From Escherichia coli (GTDB taxonomy: Bacteria; Pseudomonadota; Gammaproteobacteria; Enterobacterales; Enterobacteriaceae), in NCBI RefSeq assembly GCF_003334255.1, contig NZ_QOWU01000003.1: a stretch of DNA of 64,000 bases. One strand, written 5' to 3'. The position numbers and the translations under genes are program-made. The notes beneath the pieces are model-generated. The model was given only the letters and a program-made list of their open reading frames with translations, ran no database searches and was not told where the DNA came from. The stretch's first letter is position 1; each line of letters opens with the position of its first letter. This document shows, piece by piece, positions 23,873-34,368 of this stretch.

Positions 23873-25153
23873 GTGAAACATCTGACAGAAATGGTGAGAC
23901 AGCACAAAGCGGGCAAAACAAATGGAATTTATGCCGTTTGTTCCGCACATCCGCTGGTGCTGGAGGCTGCAATCCGCTACGCCAGTGCAAACCAAACGCC
24001 GTTACTGATTGAAGCAACCTCCAATCAGGTAGACCAGTTCGGCGGTTATACCGGAATGACGCCCGCCGATTTTCGCGGCTTTGTTTGTCAGCTCGCCGAC
24101 TCGTTGAATTTCCCGCAGGATGCGTTGATTCTGGGTGGTGACCATCTGGGGCCAAACCGCTGGCAAAACCTGCCGGCCGCTCAGGCAATGGCCAATGCCG
24201 ATGATTTGATTAAAAGCTACGTTGCGGCAGGATTCAAAAAAATCCACCTTGATTGCAGCATGTCCTGTCAGGACGATCCGATTCCCTTAACTGATGACAT
24301 CGTGGCTGAACGCGCCGCCCGTCTGGCGAAAGTGGCGGAAGAAACCTGTCTTGAACACTTTGGCGAAGCCGATCTGGAGTATGTCATTGGTACCGAAGTG
24401 CCGGTACCTGGCGGCGCGCATGAAACCTTAAGCGAGCTGGCGGTCACCACGCCGGATGCCGCCCGCGCCACGCTGGAAGCCCATCGTCACGCCTTTGAAA
24501 AGCAAGGTTTGAATGCCATCTGGCCACGCATCATTGCCCTGGTGGTTCAACCCGGCGTCGAATTCGATCACACCAACGTTATTGATTATCAGCCCGCCAA
24601 AGCGAGCGCCTTAAGCCAGATGGTCGAAAACTACGAAACGCTGATTTTCGAAGCGCACTCTACCGATTATCAAACGCCGCAATCGCTGCGCCAGCTGGTG
24701 ATTGACCACTTTGCCATTCTGAAAGTTGGCCCAGCGCTGACCTTCGCCCTGCGTGAAGCTCTGTTCTCTCTGGCGGCGATTGAAGAAGAACTGGTGCCAG
24801 CGAAAGCCTGTTCTGGTCTGCGTCAGGTGCTGGAAGACGTGATGCTCGACCGCCCGGAATACTGGCAAAGCCACTACCACGGTGACGGCAACGCGCGTCG
24901 TCTGGCGCGTGGTTATAGCTACTCGGATCGCGTGCGCTATTACTGGCCGGACAGCCAGATTGATGACGCTTTCGCTCATCTGGTACGTAATCTGGCGGAT
25001 TCACCAATTCCGCTGCCGCTGATCAGCCAGTATCTGCCGCTGCAGTACGTGAAAGTTCGCTCCGGCGAGCTGCAGCCAACGCCACGGGAACTCATTATCA
25101 ACCATATTCAGGACATCCTGGCGCAGTACCACACAGCCTGTGAAGGCCAATAA
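23873..25153 (+). CDS. kbaZ: tagatose-bisphosphate aldolase non-catalytic subunit KbaZ (AgaZ), 426 aa
   Basis: GTG start at 23873 preceded by GGAGAGG; translation [37 protein letters not shown]... (GatZ/KbaZ family). Confidence 0.92.
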   Translation: MKHLTEMVRQHKAGKTNGIYAVCSAHPLVLEAAIRYASANQTPLLIEATSNQVDQFGGYTGMTPADFRGFVCQLADSLNFPQDALILGGDHLGPNRWQNLPAAQAMANADDLIKSYVAAGFKKIHLDCSMSCQDDPIPLTDDIVAERAARLAKVAEETCLEHFGEADLEYVIGTEVPVPGGAHETLSELAVTTPDAARATLEAHRHAFEKQGLNAIWPRIIALVVQPGVEFDHTNVIDYQPAKASALSQMVENYETLIFEAHSTDYQTPQSLRQLVIDHFAILKVGPALTFALREALFSLAAIEEELVPAKACSGLRQVLEDVMLDRPEYWQSHYHGDGNARRLARGYSYSDRVRYYWPDSQIDDAFAHLVRNLADSPIPLPLISQYLPLQYVKVRSGELQPTPRELIINHIQDILAQYHTACEGQ

Positions 25154-25175
25154 GCAAAACAAAGAGGAACACGCT

Positions 25176-25649
25176 ATGCCAAATATTGTTTTAAGCCGGA
25201 TTGATGAACGCTTGATTCACGGTCAGGTCGGCGTTCAATGGGTCGGATTTGCGGGGGCAAATCTGGTGCTGGTAGCCAACGATGAGGTTGCCGAAGATCC
25301 GGTACAACAAAACCTGATGGAAATGGTACTGGCAGAAGGGATCGCCGTACGTTTCTGGACGCTGCAAAAAGTTATCGACAACATTCATCGCGCCGCCGAT
25401 CGACAGAAAATCCTGCTGGTTTGTAAAACACCCGCCGATTTCCTGACGCTGGTGAAAGGTGGCGTTCCGGTGAATCGCATTAACGTTGGCAATATGCACT
25501 ACGCCAATGGCAAACAACAAATCGCCAAAACGGTTTCTGTGGATGCGGGCGATATCGCAGCATTTAACGACCTGAAAACCGCTGGGGTGGAATGCTTCGT
25601 TCAGGGCGTCCCGACAGAGCCTGCTGTGGACCTCTTTAAATTACTTTGA
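25176..25649 (+). CDS. agaV: PTS N-acetylgalactosamine-specific EIIB component AgaV, 157 aa
   Basis: MPNIVLSRIDERLIHGQVGVQWVGFAG... (mannose-family IIB with active-site His); ATG at 25176 after AAGAGGA RBS. Confidence 0.9.
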   Translation: MPNIVLSRIDERLIHGQVGVQWVGFAGANLVLVANDEVAEDPVQQNLMEMVLAEGIAVRFWTLQKVIDNIHRAADRQKILLVCKTPADFLTLVKGGVPVNRINVGNMHYANGKQQIAKTVSVDAGDIAAFNDLKTAGVECFVQGVPTEPAVDLFKLL

Positions 25650-25659
25650 GGGATTCATC

Positions 25660-26439
25660 ATGGAAATCAGCCTGTTGCAGGCATTTGCGTTGGGCATTAT
25701 CGCCTTTATCGCTGGCCTGGATATGTTTAACGGCCTAACCCATATGCACCGCCCGGTGGTCCTCGGCCCGTTGGTCGGGCTGGTACTTGGCGATCTGCAT
25801 ACCGGAATTTTAACCGGCGGTACGCTGGAACTGGTGTGGATGGGGCTGGCCCCGCTGGCGGGCGCACAGCCGCCTAACGTGATTATCGGTACTATCGTCG
25901 GCACGGCGTTTGCCATTACTACTGGCGTGAAACCCGATGTCGCAGTAGGTGTCGCCGTACCTTTCGCTGTCGCAGTACAGATGGGGATTACCTTCCTGTT
26001 CTCGGTGATGTCCGGCGTGATGTCTCGCTGCGACCGGATGGCGGAGAACGCCGATACTCGCGGCATTGAACGCGTGAACTATCTGGCACTGCTGGCACTC
26101 GGCATTTTCTATTTTCTCTGCGCTTTCCTGCCTATCTACTTCGGCGCGGAACATGCAAAAACCATCATTGATGTCCTGCCGCAACGATTAATCGACGGCC
26201 TCGGCGTCGCGGGCGGCATCATGCCAGCAATCGGTTTTGCCGTGCTGCTGAAAATCATGATGAAAAACGTCTACATCCCCTACTTCATCCTGGGCTTTGT
26301 TGCCGCCGCCTGGCTCAAGTTACCAGTGCTGGCTATTGCTGCCGCTGCGCTGGCGATGGCGCTGATCGACTTGCTGCGTAAATCTCCTGAACCGACTCAA
26401 CCTGCGGCACAGAAAGAGGAATTTGAAGATGGCATCTAA
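25660..26439 (+). CDS. agaW: PTS N-acetylgalactosamine-specific EIIC component AgaW, full length (259 aa)
   Basis: Mannose-family IIC membrane protein; full length here, whereas the K-12 MG1655 allele is truncated by a deletion (established knowledge). Confidence 0.88.
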   Translation: MEISLLQAFALGIIAFIAGLDMFNGLTHMHRPVVLGPLVGLVLGDLHTGILTGGTLELVWMGLAPLAGAQPPNVIIGTIVGTAFAITTGVKPDVAVGVAVPFAVAVQMGITFLFSVMSGVMSRCDRMAENADTRGIERVNYLALLALGIFYFLCAFLPIYFGAEHAKTIIDVLPQRLIDGLGVAGGIMPAIGFAVLLKIMMKNVYIPYFILGFVAAAWLKLPVLAIAAAALAMALIDLLRKSPEPTQPAAQKEEFEDGI

Positions 26440-27307
26440 TCAAACCACCCTGCCGAACGTCAGTGAAAACGAAGAAACATTGCTGACTGGCGTCAATGAA
26501 AACGTGTATGAAGATCAGAGCATTGGCGCGGAGCTGACGAAAAAAGATATCAACCGCGTCGCCTGGCGTTCCATGCTGTTACAAGCGTCTTTTAACTACG
26601 AACGTATGCAGGCTTCTGGCTGGTTGTACGGTCTGCTGCCTGCTCTGAAAAAGATCCACACTAATAAACGCGACCTGGCGCGCGCCATGAAGGGGCATAT
26701 GGGTTTCTTCAATACCCATCCGTTTCTGGTGACGTTTGTTATCGGCATTATCCTTGCGATGGAGCGTTCTAAGCAGGACGTTAACAGTATTCAGAGCACC
26801 AAAATTGCCGTCGGTGCGCCGCTTGGCGGGATTGGCGATGCAATGTTCTGGCTAACGCTACTGCCGATTTGTGGCGGGATTGGAGCCAGTCTGGCATTGC
26901 AAGGCTCCATTCTTGGCGCAGTCGTCTTTATTGTGCTGTTCAACGTGGTACACCTGGGGCTGCGTTTTGGTCTGGCGCATTATGCTTACCGCATGGGCGT
27001 GGCGGCGATTCCACTGATTAAAGCGAATACCAAAAAAGTCGGCCATGCTGCGTCTATCGTTGGGATGACGGTAATCGGTGCGCTGGTGGCAACCTATGTT
27101 CGTTTAAGCACCACGCTGGAAATCACGGCGGGCGACGCAGTGGTTAAGTTACAGGCTGATGTTATCGACAAACTGATGCCGGCCTTCTTACCGTTGGTCT
27201 ACACCCTGACCATGTTTTGGTTGGTACGCCGCGGCTGGAGTCCGCTGCGTCTGATTGCAGTTACCGTGGTTCTCGGCATCGTCGGTAAATTCTGCCATTT
27301 CCTTTAA
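26429..27307 (+). CDS. agaE: PTS N-acetylgalactosamine-specific EIID component AgaE, 292 aa
   Basis: ATG at 26429 (MASNQTTLPNVSENEETLL...) 9 nt after AAGAGGA; mannose-family IID; overlaps the agaW stop. Absent from K-12 MG1655. Confidence 0.88.
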   Translation: MASNQTTLPNVSENEETLLTGVNENVYEDQSIGAELTKKDINRVAWRSMLLQASFNYERMQASGWLYGLLPALKKIHTNKRDLARAMKGHMGFFNTHPFLVTFVIGIILAMERSKQDVNSIQSTKIAVGAPLGGIGDAMFWLTLLPICGGIGASLALQGSILGAVVFIVLFNVVHLGLRFGLAHYAYRMGVAAIPLIKANTKKVGHAASIVGMTVIGALVATYVRLSTTLEITAGDAVVKLQADVIDKLMPAFLPLVYTLTMFWLVRRGWSPLRLIAVTVVLGIVGKFCHFL

Positions 27308-27324
27308 ATACAATGAGGTATTAG

Positions 27325-27759
27325 ATGTTAAGTATTATTTTGACAGGGCATGGCGGGTTTGCCAGCGGCATGGAAAAAGCAATGAAGCAAATTCTCGGTG
27401 AGCAATCGCAGTTTATCGCCATCGATTTTCCGGAAACCTCAAGCACCGCGCTGCTTACATCGCAGCTTGAAGAGGCCATCGCCCAACTGGATTGTGAAGA
27501 CGGCATTGTTTTTCTGACGGATTTGCTGGGCGGCACGCCGTTTCGCGTAGCTTCAACGCTGGCGATGCAAAAACCGGGCTGTGAAGTGATCACCGGCACC
27601 AATTTGCAACTGCTACTGGAGATGGTGCTGGAGCGCGAAGGGTTAAGCGGTGAAGAATTCCGTGTACAGGCGCTGGAGTGTGGACACCGAGGGCTGACCA
27701 GTCTGGTGGACGAGTTAGGCCGCTGCCATGAAGAATGTCCGGTCGAGGAAGGAATATGA
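27325..27759 (+). CDS. agaF: PTS N-acetylgalactosamine/galactosamine EIIA component AgaF, 144 aa
   Basis: MLSIILTGHGGFASGMEKAMKQILGEQSQFIAIDFPE... (mannose-family IIA with active-site His in the TGHGGFA context). Confidence 0.88.
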   Translation: MLSIILTGHGGFASGMEKAMKQILGEQSQFIAIDFPETSSTALLTSQLEEAIAQLDCEDGIVFLTDLLGGTPFRVASTLAMQKPGCEVITGTNLQLLLEMVLEREGLSGEEFRVQALECGHRGLTSLVDELGRCHEECPVEEGI

Positions 27760-28889
27760 CACACGTTCTGCGCGCCAGAAGGCTGCTGACTGAAGAGGGA
27801 TGGCTCGATGACCATCAGTTGCGTATTGCTGACGGTGTCATCGCAGCAATCGAACCGATTCCAGCGGGCGTGACTGAACGCGATGCGGAACTGCTCTGCC
27901 CTGCTTACATCGACACCCATGTACACGGTGGTGCGGGCGTTGATGTAATGGATGACGCGCCGGATGTACTCGACAAGCTGGCAATGCACAAGGCACGCGA
28001 AGGTGTCGGCAGTTGGTTACCGACCACCGTAACCACGCCGCTTAATACCATTCATGCGGCGCTGAAACGTATTGCTCAACGTTGCCAACGCGGCGGACCT
28101 GGTGCGCAAGTGCTGGGGAGTTATCTCGAAGGACCGTACTTCACGCCGCAGAATAAAGGCGCGCATCCGCCGGAGTTGTTTCGCGAGCTTGAAATTGCCG
28201 AGCTGGATCAGTTGATTGCCGTTTCTCAGCACACCTTACGTGTGGTAGCGCTGGCACCGGAAAAAGAAGGGGCATTGCAGGCCATCCGCCATCTTAAACA
28301 GCAAAACGTAAGGGTGATGCTGGGGCATAGCGCGGCGACCTGGCAACAAACCCGCGCCGCATTTGATGCTGGTGCCGACGGCCTGGTGCATTGCTATAAC
28401 GGGATGACAGGTTTACATCACCGCGAACCGGGAATGGTTGGCGCGGGATTAACGGACAAGCGCGCCTGGCTGGAACTGATAGCCGATGGTCATCATGTGC
28501 ATCCGGCGGCAATGTCGCTGTGTTGTTGCTGTGCGAAAGAGAGAATCGTACTGATCACCGACGCGATGCAGGCAGCTGGGATGCCGGATGGTCGCTATAC
28601 GTTATGTGGTGAAGAAGTGCAGATGCACGGTGGCGTTGTCCGTACCGCGTCTGGTGGGCTGGCGGGCAGTACGCTGTCTGTTGATGCGGCAGTGCGCAAT
28701 ATGGTCGAGTTGACGGGCGTAACGCCTGCGGAAGCCATCCATATGGCGTCACTGCATCCGGCGCGAATGCTGGGTGTTGATGGTGTTCTGGGATCGCTTA
28801 AACCGGGCAAACGCGCCAGCGTCGTTGCGCTGGATAGCGGGCTACATGTGCAACAAATCTGGATTCAGGGTCAATTAGCTTCGTTTTGA
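27756..28889 (+). CDS. agaA: N-acetylgalactosamine-6-phosphate deacetylase AgaA, full length (377 aa)
   Basis: MTHVLRARRLLTEEGWLDDHQLRIADGVIAAIEP... with NagA-type metal ligands (HVHGG); ATG overlaps the agaF stop (ATGA). Full length here; K-12 MG1655 carries a 5'-truncated allele. Confidence 0.88.
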   Translation: MTHVLRARRLLTEEGWLDDHQLRIADGVIAAIEPIPAGVTERDAELLCPAYIDTHVHGGAGVDVMDDAPDVLDKLAMHKAREGVGSWLPTTVTTPLNTIHAALKRIAQRCQRGGPGAQVLGSYLEGPYFTPQNKGAHPPELFRELEIAELDQLIAVSQHTLRVVALAPEKEGALQAIRHLKQQNVRVMLGHSAATWQQTRAAFDAGADGLVHCYNGMTGLHHREPGMVGAGLTDKRAWLELIADGHHVHPAAMSLCCCCAKERIVLITDAMQAAGMPDGRYTLCGEEVQMHGGVVRTASGGLAGSTLSVDAAVRNMVELTGVTPAEAIHMASLHPARMLGVDGVLGSLKPGKRASVVALDSGLHVQQIWIQGQLASF

Positions 28890-28957
28890 TAGTTTGCTCC
28901 TTTATTGGGCCTTCACTTCCCCCGTAAGGCCTTTCTTTTTCTTTCGTTTTGATCTGT

Positions 28958-29048
28958 GCAGCGGTGTCGGATGCGACGCTAACGCGTCTTATCCGACCTA
29001 CAGTTGGTGACCGCAAGGCCGGATAAAGCGTTTGCGCCGCATCCAGCA
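28958..29048. repeat. REP elements between agaA and agaS
   Basis: gcagcggtgtcggatgcgacgctaacgcgtcttatccgacctac ... ggccggataaagcgtttgcgccgcatccagcaa. Confidence 0.6.
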
Positions 29049-29059
29049 ATCCCTTTTGC

Positions 29060-29239
29060 TTCCTTTATCTTTTCTTTCAACGATCACAAATTTCGTTTTA
29101 TTTCTTTTTTCTCCATTGAACTTTCAGTTTCTTTTCTATAGATTTTAATCAACGAAAGACATCACCAAGTGAAATGAAACGAAAGGCAAGTGAAAGCGAC
29201 AACGCCCGACGTCAAGTTCATCAGACTAAGGATTGAGTT
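29060..29239. promoter_or_regulatory. agaS promoter region with AgaR operator-like repeats
   Basis: Repeated motifs aaatttcgttttatttctttttt, cagtttcttttctatag, aatgaaacgaaaggcaagtgaaag; same CTTTCGTTT family as in the kbaZ promoter. Confidence 0.6.
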
Positions 29240-30394
29240 ATGCCAGAAAATTACACCCCTGCTGCCGCCGCAACCGGTACATGGACTGAAGAAGAGATCC
29301 GCCATCAGCCTCGCGCATGGATCCGTTCACTCACCAACATCGACGCGCTACGTTCCGCGCTCAATAACTTCCTTGAACCGTTACTGCGCAAAGAGAATCT
29401 GCGGATCATCCTGACCGGAGCCGGAACGTCGGCATTTATCGGTGACATCATCGCGCCGTGGCTCGCCAGCCATACCGGTAAAAACTTCAGCGCCGTACCG
29501 ACCACCGATCTGGTCACCAATCCGATGGACTACCTGAACCCAGCTCATCCGCTGCTGTTGATCTCCTTCGGTCGATCCGGCAACAGCCCGGAAAGCGTCG
29601 CAGCCGTGGAACTGGCAAATCAATTTGTACCGGAATGCTATCACCTGCCGATCACCTGCAACGAAGCGGGCGCTCTTTACCAAAACGCGATCAACAGCGA
29701 TAACGCGTTTGCCCTGCTGATGCCCGCAGAAACGCACGATCGCGGCTTTGCGATGACCAGCAGCATTACCACCATGATGGCCAGCTGCCTCGCGGTTTTC
29801 GCACCTGAGACGATCAACAGCCAAACCTTCCGCGACGTGGCGGATCGTTGCCAGGCGATCCTGACCTCACTGGGCGATTTCAGCGAAGGTGTGTTTGGTT
29901 ACGCACCGTGGAAACGGATCGTTTATCTCGGTAGCGGTGGCTTACAGGGCGCAGCACGCGAGTCGGCGCTGAAAGTGCTGGAACTGACGGCGGGTAAACT
30001 GGCGGCCTTTTATGATTCTCCAACCGGATTCCGTCATGGACCAAAATCGCTGGTCGATGACGAAACGCTGGTGGTGGTATTTGTCTCCAGCCACCCTTAC
30101 ACCCGTCAGTATGATCTTGATCTGCTGGCTGAACTTCGCCGTGACAACCAGGCAATGCGTGTAATCGCCATCGCCGCGGAAAGCAGCGACATCGTCGCTG
30201 CCGGTCCACATATCATCCTGCCACCGTCACGTCACTTTATCGACGTTGAGCAGGCATTTTGCTTCCTGATGTACGCCCAGACGTTTGCACTGATGCAGTC
30301 GCTGCACATGGGCAATACGCCGGATACCCCATCAGCCAGTGGCACCGTTAACCGCGTGGTGCAAGGCGTAATCATTCATCCGTGGCAGGCATAA
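29240..30394 (+). CDS. agaS: SIS-domain galactosamine-6-phosphate deaminase/isomerase AgaS, 384 aa
   Basis: Two SIS domains (…LTGAGTSAF… and …LGSGGLQGAARESALK…); translation MPENYTPAAAATGTWTEEEIRHQPRAW... Confidence 0.92.
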   Translation: MPENYTPAAAATGTWTEEEIRHQPRAWIRSLTNIDALRSALNNFLEPLLRKENLRIILTGAGTSAFIGDIIAPWLASHTGKNFSAVPTTDLVTNPMDYLNPAHPLLLISFGRSGNSPESVAAVELANQFVPECYHLPITCNEAGALYQNAINSDNAFALLMPAETHDRGFAMTSSITTMMASCLAVFAPETINSQTFRDVADRCQAILTSLGDFSEGVFGYAPWKRIVYLGSGGLQGAARESALKVLELTAGKLAAFYDSPTGFRHGPKSLVDDETLVVVFVSSHPYTRQYDLDLLAELRRDNQAMRVIAIAAESSDIVAAGPHIILPPSRHFIDVEQAFCFLMYAQTFALMQSLHMGNTPDTPSASGTVNRVVQGVIIHPWQA

Positions 30395-31267
<873 letters not shown>

Positions 31268-31433
31268 TCATTAGTTTTTTATGATTTATCCCAATGTACT
31301 TCCCGATTAATATCGGGGAGTGCCTTAATGGAAAAGGAGATAACTAAACCTTAATAAATACATCACTACAATATCGCAACAATAATATATTTAAAAAAAT
31401 TATATTATTCAACTTTATGGTGAGGATTACACA

Positions 31434-31910
31434 ATGACCAGTCCAAATATTCTCTTAACCCGTATTGATAACCGTCTGGTTCACGGTCAGGTTGGCGTGA
31501 CCTGGACATCCACCATCGGTGCAAATCTGCTGGTAGTCGTGGATGATGTTGTCGCTAACGATGATATTCAACAGAAATTAATGGGTATTACCGCGGAAAC
31601 CTACGGCTTTGGCATTCGTTTCTTTACTATCGAAAAAACCATTAACGTCATCGGCAAAGCTGCACCACATCAGAAGATCTTCCTGATTTGCCGTACGCCA
31701 CAAACGGTACGTAAATTGGTAGAAGGTGGTATTGACCTGAAAGATGTCAACGTCGGCAATATGCATTTCTCGGAAGGGAAAAAGCAAATCAGCAGTAAAG
31801 TTTATGTCGATGACCAGGATCTCACGGACTTACGTTTTATTAAACAACGTGGCGTGAATGTTTTCATTCAGGACGTCCCTGGCGATCAAAAAGAACAAAT
31901 CCCTGACTAA
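31434..31910 (+). CDS. agaB: PTS galactosamine-specific EIIB component AgaB, 158 aa
   Basis: MTSPNILLTRIDNRLVHGQVGVTWTSTIGANLLVVVDD...; paralog of agaV. Confidence 0.92.
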   Translation: MTSPNILLTRIDNRLVHGQVGVTWTSTIGANLLVVVDDVVANDDIQQKLMGITAETYGFGIRFFTIEKTINVIGKAAPHQKIFLICRTPQTVRKLVEGGIDLKDVNVGNMHFSEGKKQISSKVYVDDQDLTDLRFIKQRGVNVFIQDVPGDQKEQIPD

Positions 31911-31948
31911 ATCTAAAATCGCCTTAATATTGGTTTGAGGTAATAAAA

Positions 31949-32752
31949 ATGCATGAAATAACCCTACTTCAGGGATTATCCCTGGCGGCGTTAGTTTTTG
32001 TTCTGGGGATTGATTTTTGGCTGGAAGCCTTATTTTTATTCCGCCCGATAATCGTTTGTACCCTAACTGGCGCTATTCTCGGTGATATTCAGACTGGCTT
32101 AATTACCGGTGGTCTGACAGAGTTGGCTTTCGCCGGATTAACCCCTGCAGGTGGTGTTCAGCCGCCCAACCCGATTATGGCGGGTCTGATGACCACCGTC
32201 ATTGCATGGTCTACGGGCGTTGATGCCAAAACAGCAATTGGTCTTGGCCTGCCGTTTAGTTTGTTAATGCAGTACGTCATTCTGTTCTTCTATTCCGCTT
32301 TCTCATTATTTATGACCAAAGCCGATAAATGCGCGAAAGAGGCGGATACGGCAGCGTTTTCCCGGCTTAACTGGACAACGATGCTCATCGTCGCTTCAGC
32401 GTATGCGGTGATTGCTTTCCTCTGTACTTACCTGGCACAGGGGGCGATGCAGGCGCTGGTGAAAGCGATGCCCGCCTAGCTGACCCACGGCTTTGAAGTG
32501 GCTGGCGGTATTCTGCCTGCCGTTGGTTTTGGCTTGCTGCTGCGCGTAATGTTCAAAGCGCAATATATCCCTTACCTGATCGCCGGTTTCCTGTTTGTTT
32601 GCTACATCCAGGTCAGCAACCTGTTGCCGGTTGCCGTACTGGGCGCAGGCTTTGCGGTGTATGAGTTTTTCAATGCGAAATCCCGGCAGCAAGCGCAACC
32701 GCAGCCCGTTGCCAGTAAAAATGAAGAAGAGGACTACAGCAATGGGATCTGA
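31949..32752 (+). pseudogene. agaC: PTS galactosamine-specific EIIC component AgaC interrupted by an in-frame TAG at 32477-32479
   Basis: Track ORFs 31949-32479 (176 aa, ends ...LVKAMPA*) and 32498-32752 (84 aa) are in the same frame and together form a 267-codon mannose-family IIC. The stop lies in ...ALVKAMPA-TAG-LTHGFEVAGGILPAVGFGLLL..., where homologous IIC proteins have Trp (TGG). Could be a real nonsense allele or a sequence error. Confidence 0.75.
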
Positions 32753-33533
32753 AATCAGTAAAAAAGATATCACCCGTCTGGGCTTTCGTTCGTCGCTGCT
32801 GCAAGCGAGCTTTAACTACGAAAGGATGCAGGCGGGCGGTTTTACCTGGGCGATGTTGCCGATCCTGAAAAAGATTTATAAGGACGACAAACCGGGCTTA
32901 AGCGCGGCGATGAAAGATAACCTCGAATTTATTAATACCCACCCGAATCTGGTCGGATTCCTGATGGGGTTATTAATTTCGATGGAAGAAAAAGGAGAAA
33001 ACCGCGACACCATTAAAGGCCTCAAAGTGGCACTGTTTGGCCCAATCGCCGGGATTGGCGATGCGATTTTCTGGTTTACTTTGTTGCCGATTATGGCGGG
33101 AATTTGCTCATCATTTGCCAGCCAGGGAAACCTGCTGGGGCCGATTCTATTTTTCGCCGTTTACCTGCTTATCTTTTTCCTGCGCGTCGGCTGGACCCAC
33201 GTCGGTTATTCAGTCGGCGTGAAGGCGATCGATAAAGTGCGAGAGAACTCGCAGATGATTGCCCGTTCGGCAACCATCCTCGGGATCACGGTAATCGGCG
33301 GGCTGATCGCTTCGTATGTGCATATTAACGTGGTGACATCGTTTGCCATCGACAATACCCACAGCGTTGCGCTGCAGCAGGATTTCTTCGATAAAGTCTT
33401 CCCGAACATTTTACCGATGGCCTACACCCTGCTGATGTATTACTTCCTGCGGGTGAAAAAAGCGCATCCGGTGCTGTTAATCGGCGTGACTTTTGTGCTC
33501 TCTATTGTTTGTTCCGCATTCGGCATTTTGTAA
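32742..33533 (+). CDS. agaD: PTS galactosamine-specific EIID component AgaD, 263 aa
   Basis: ATG at 32742 (MGSEISKKDITRLGFRSSLLQASFNYERMQAGG...) overlapping the agaC stop; the track ORF has a 49-codon upstream extension. Confidence 0.9.
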   Translation: MGSEISKKDITRLGFRSSLLQASFNYERMQAGGFTWAMLPILKKIYKDDKPGLSAAMKDNLEFINTHPNLVGFLMGLLISMEEKGENRDTIKGLKVALFGPIAGIGDAIFWFTLLPIMAGICSSFASQGNLLGPILFFAVYLLIFFLRVGWTHVGYSVGVKAIDKVRENSQMIARSATILGITVIGGLIASYVHINVVTSFAIDNTHSVALQQDFFDKVFPNILPMAYTLLMYYFLRVKKAHPVLLIGVTFVLSIVCSAFGIL

Positions 33534-34289
33534 ATGGAACGAGGCACTGCGTCTGGTGGTGCCTCTTTACTTAAGGAATTTCATCCTGTGCAAACCCTTC
33601 AGCAAGTTGAAAACTATACGGCGTTAAGTGAACGTGCCAGCGAATATTTATTGGCCGTGATCCGTAGCAAACCGAATGCCGTGATTTGCCTGGCGACCGG
33701 AGCCACGCCATTACTGACGTATCATTATCTGGTAGAAAAAATCCACCAGCAGCAGGTTGATGTCAGCCAGCTCACCTTCGTGAAGCTCGACGAATGGGTG
33801 GATCTGCCATTAACGATGCCAGGCACCTGCGAAACTTTCCTGCAACAGCATATCGTGCAGCCGCTGGGGCTACGTGAAGACCAGCTCATCAGCTTTCGCT
33901 CCGAAGAGATAAATGAGACAGAGTGCGAACGGGTAACGAACCTGATTGCGCGCAAAGGCGGTCTGGATTTATGCGTTCTCGGATTGGGGAAAAACGGTCA
34001 TCTTGGGCTGAACGAACCGGGAGAAAGCCTGCAACCGGCCTGCCATATCAGTCAACTTGATGCCAGAACACAGCAACATGAGATGTTAAAAACCGCGGGT
34101 CGCCCCGTGACTCGTGGGATCACCTTAGGCCTGAAGGATATTCTCAATGCCCGCGAAGTTTTGTTACTGGTGACTGGCGAAGGAAAGCAGGATGCGACAG
34201 ATCGTTTTCTCACGGCTAAAGTCTCTACCGCTATCCCGGCTTCATTTTTATGGCTGCACAGTAACTTTATTTGTTTAATTAACACCTAA
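33534..34289 (+). CDS. agaI: NagB-like galactosamine-6-phosphate deaminase/isomerase AgaI, 251 aa
   Basis: Glucosamine-6-phosphate deaminase family translation; last gene of the aga cluster. Confidence 0.88.
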   Translation: MERGTASGGASLLKEFHPVQTLQQVENYTALSERASEYLLAVIRSKPNAVICLATGATPLLTYHYLVEKIHQQQVDVSQLTFVKLDEWVDLPLTMPGTCETFLQQHIVQPLGLREDQLISFRSEEINETECERVTNLIARKGGLDLCVLGLGKNGHLGLNEPGESLQPACHISQLDARTQQHEMLKTAGRPVTRGITLGLKDILNAREVLLLVTGEGKQDATDRFLTAKVSTAIPASFLWLHSNFICLINT

Positions 34290-34368
34290 CCAGATGAAAA
34301 ATTTGCTCAAAATGTTTAAATTAACTTATGTAACAGTCACGCATTATATTAAATAACATTTGACTGGG

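Noticed and set aside
25140-25175. Upstream extension of agaV starting at a GTG that overlaps the kbaZ 3' end
   Set aside because: ATG at 25176 has a well-spaced AAGAGGA RBS and gives the expected 157-aa IIB; the extension is an ORF-caller artefact.
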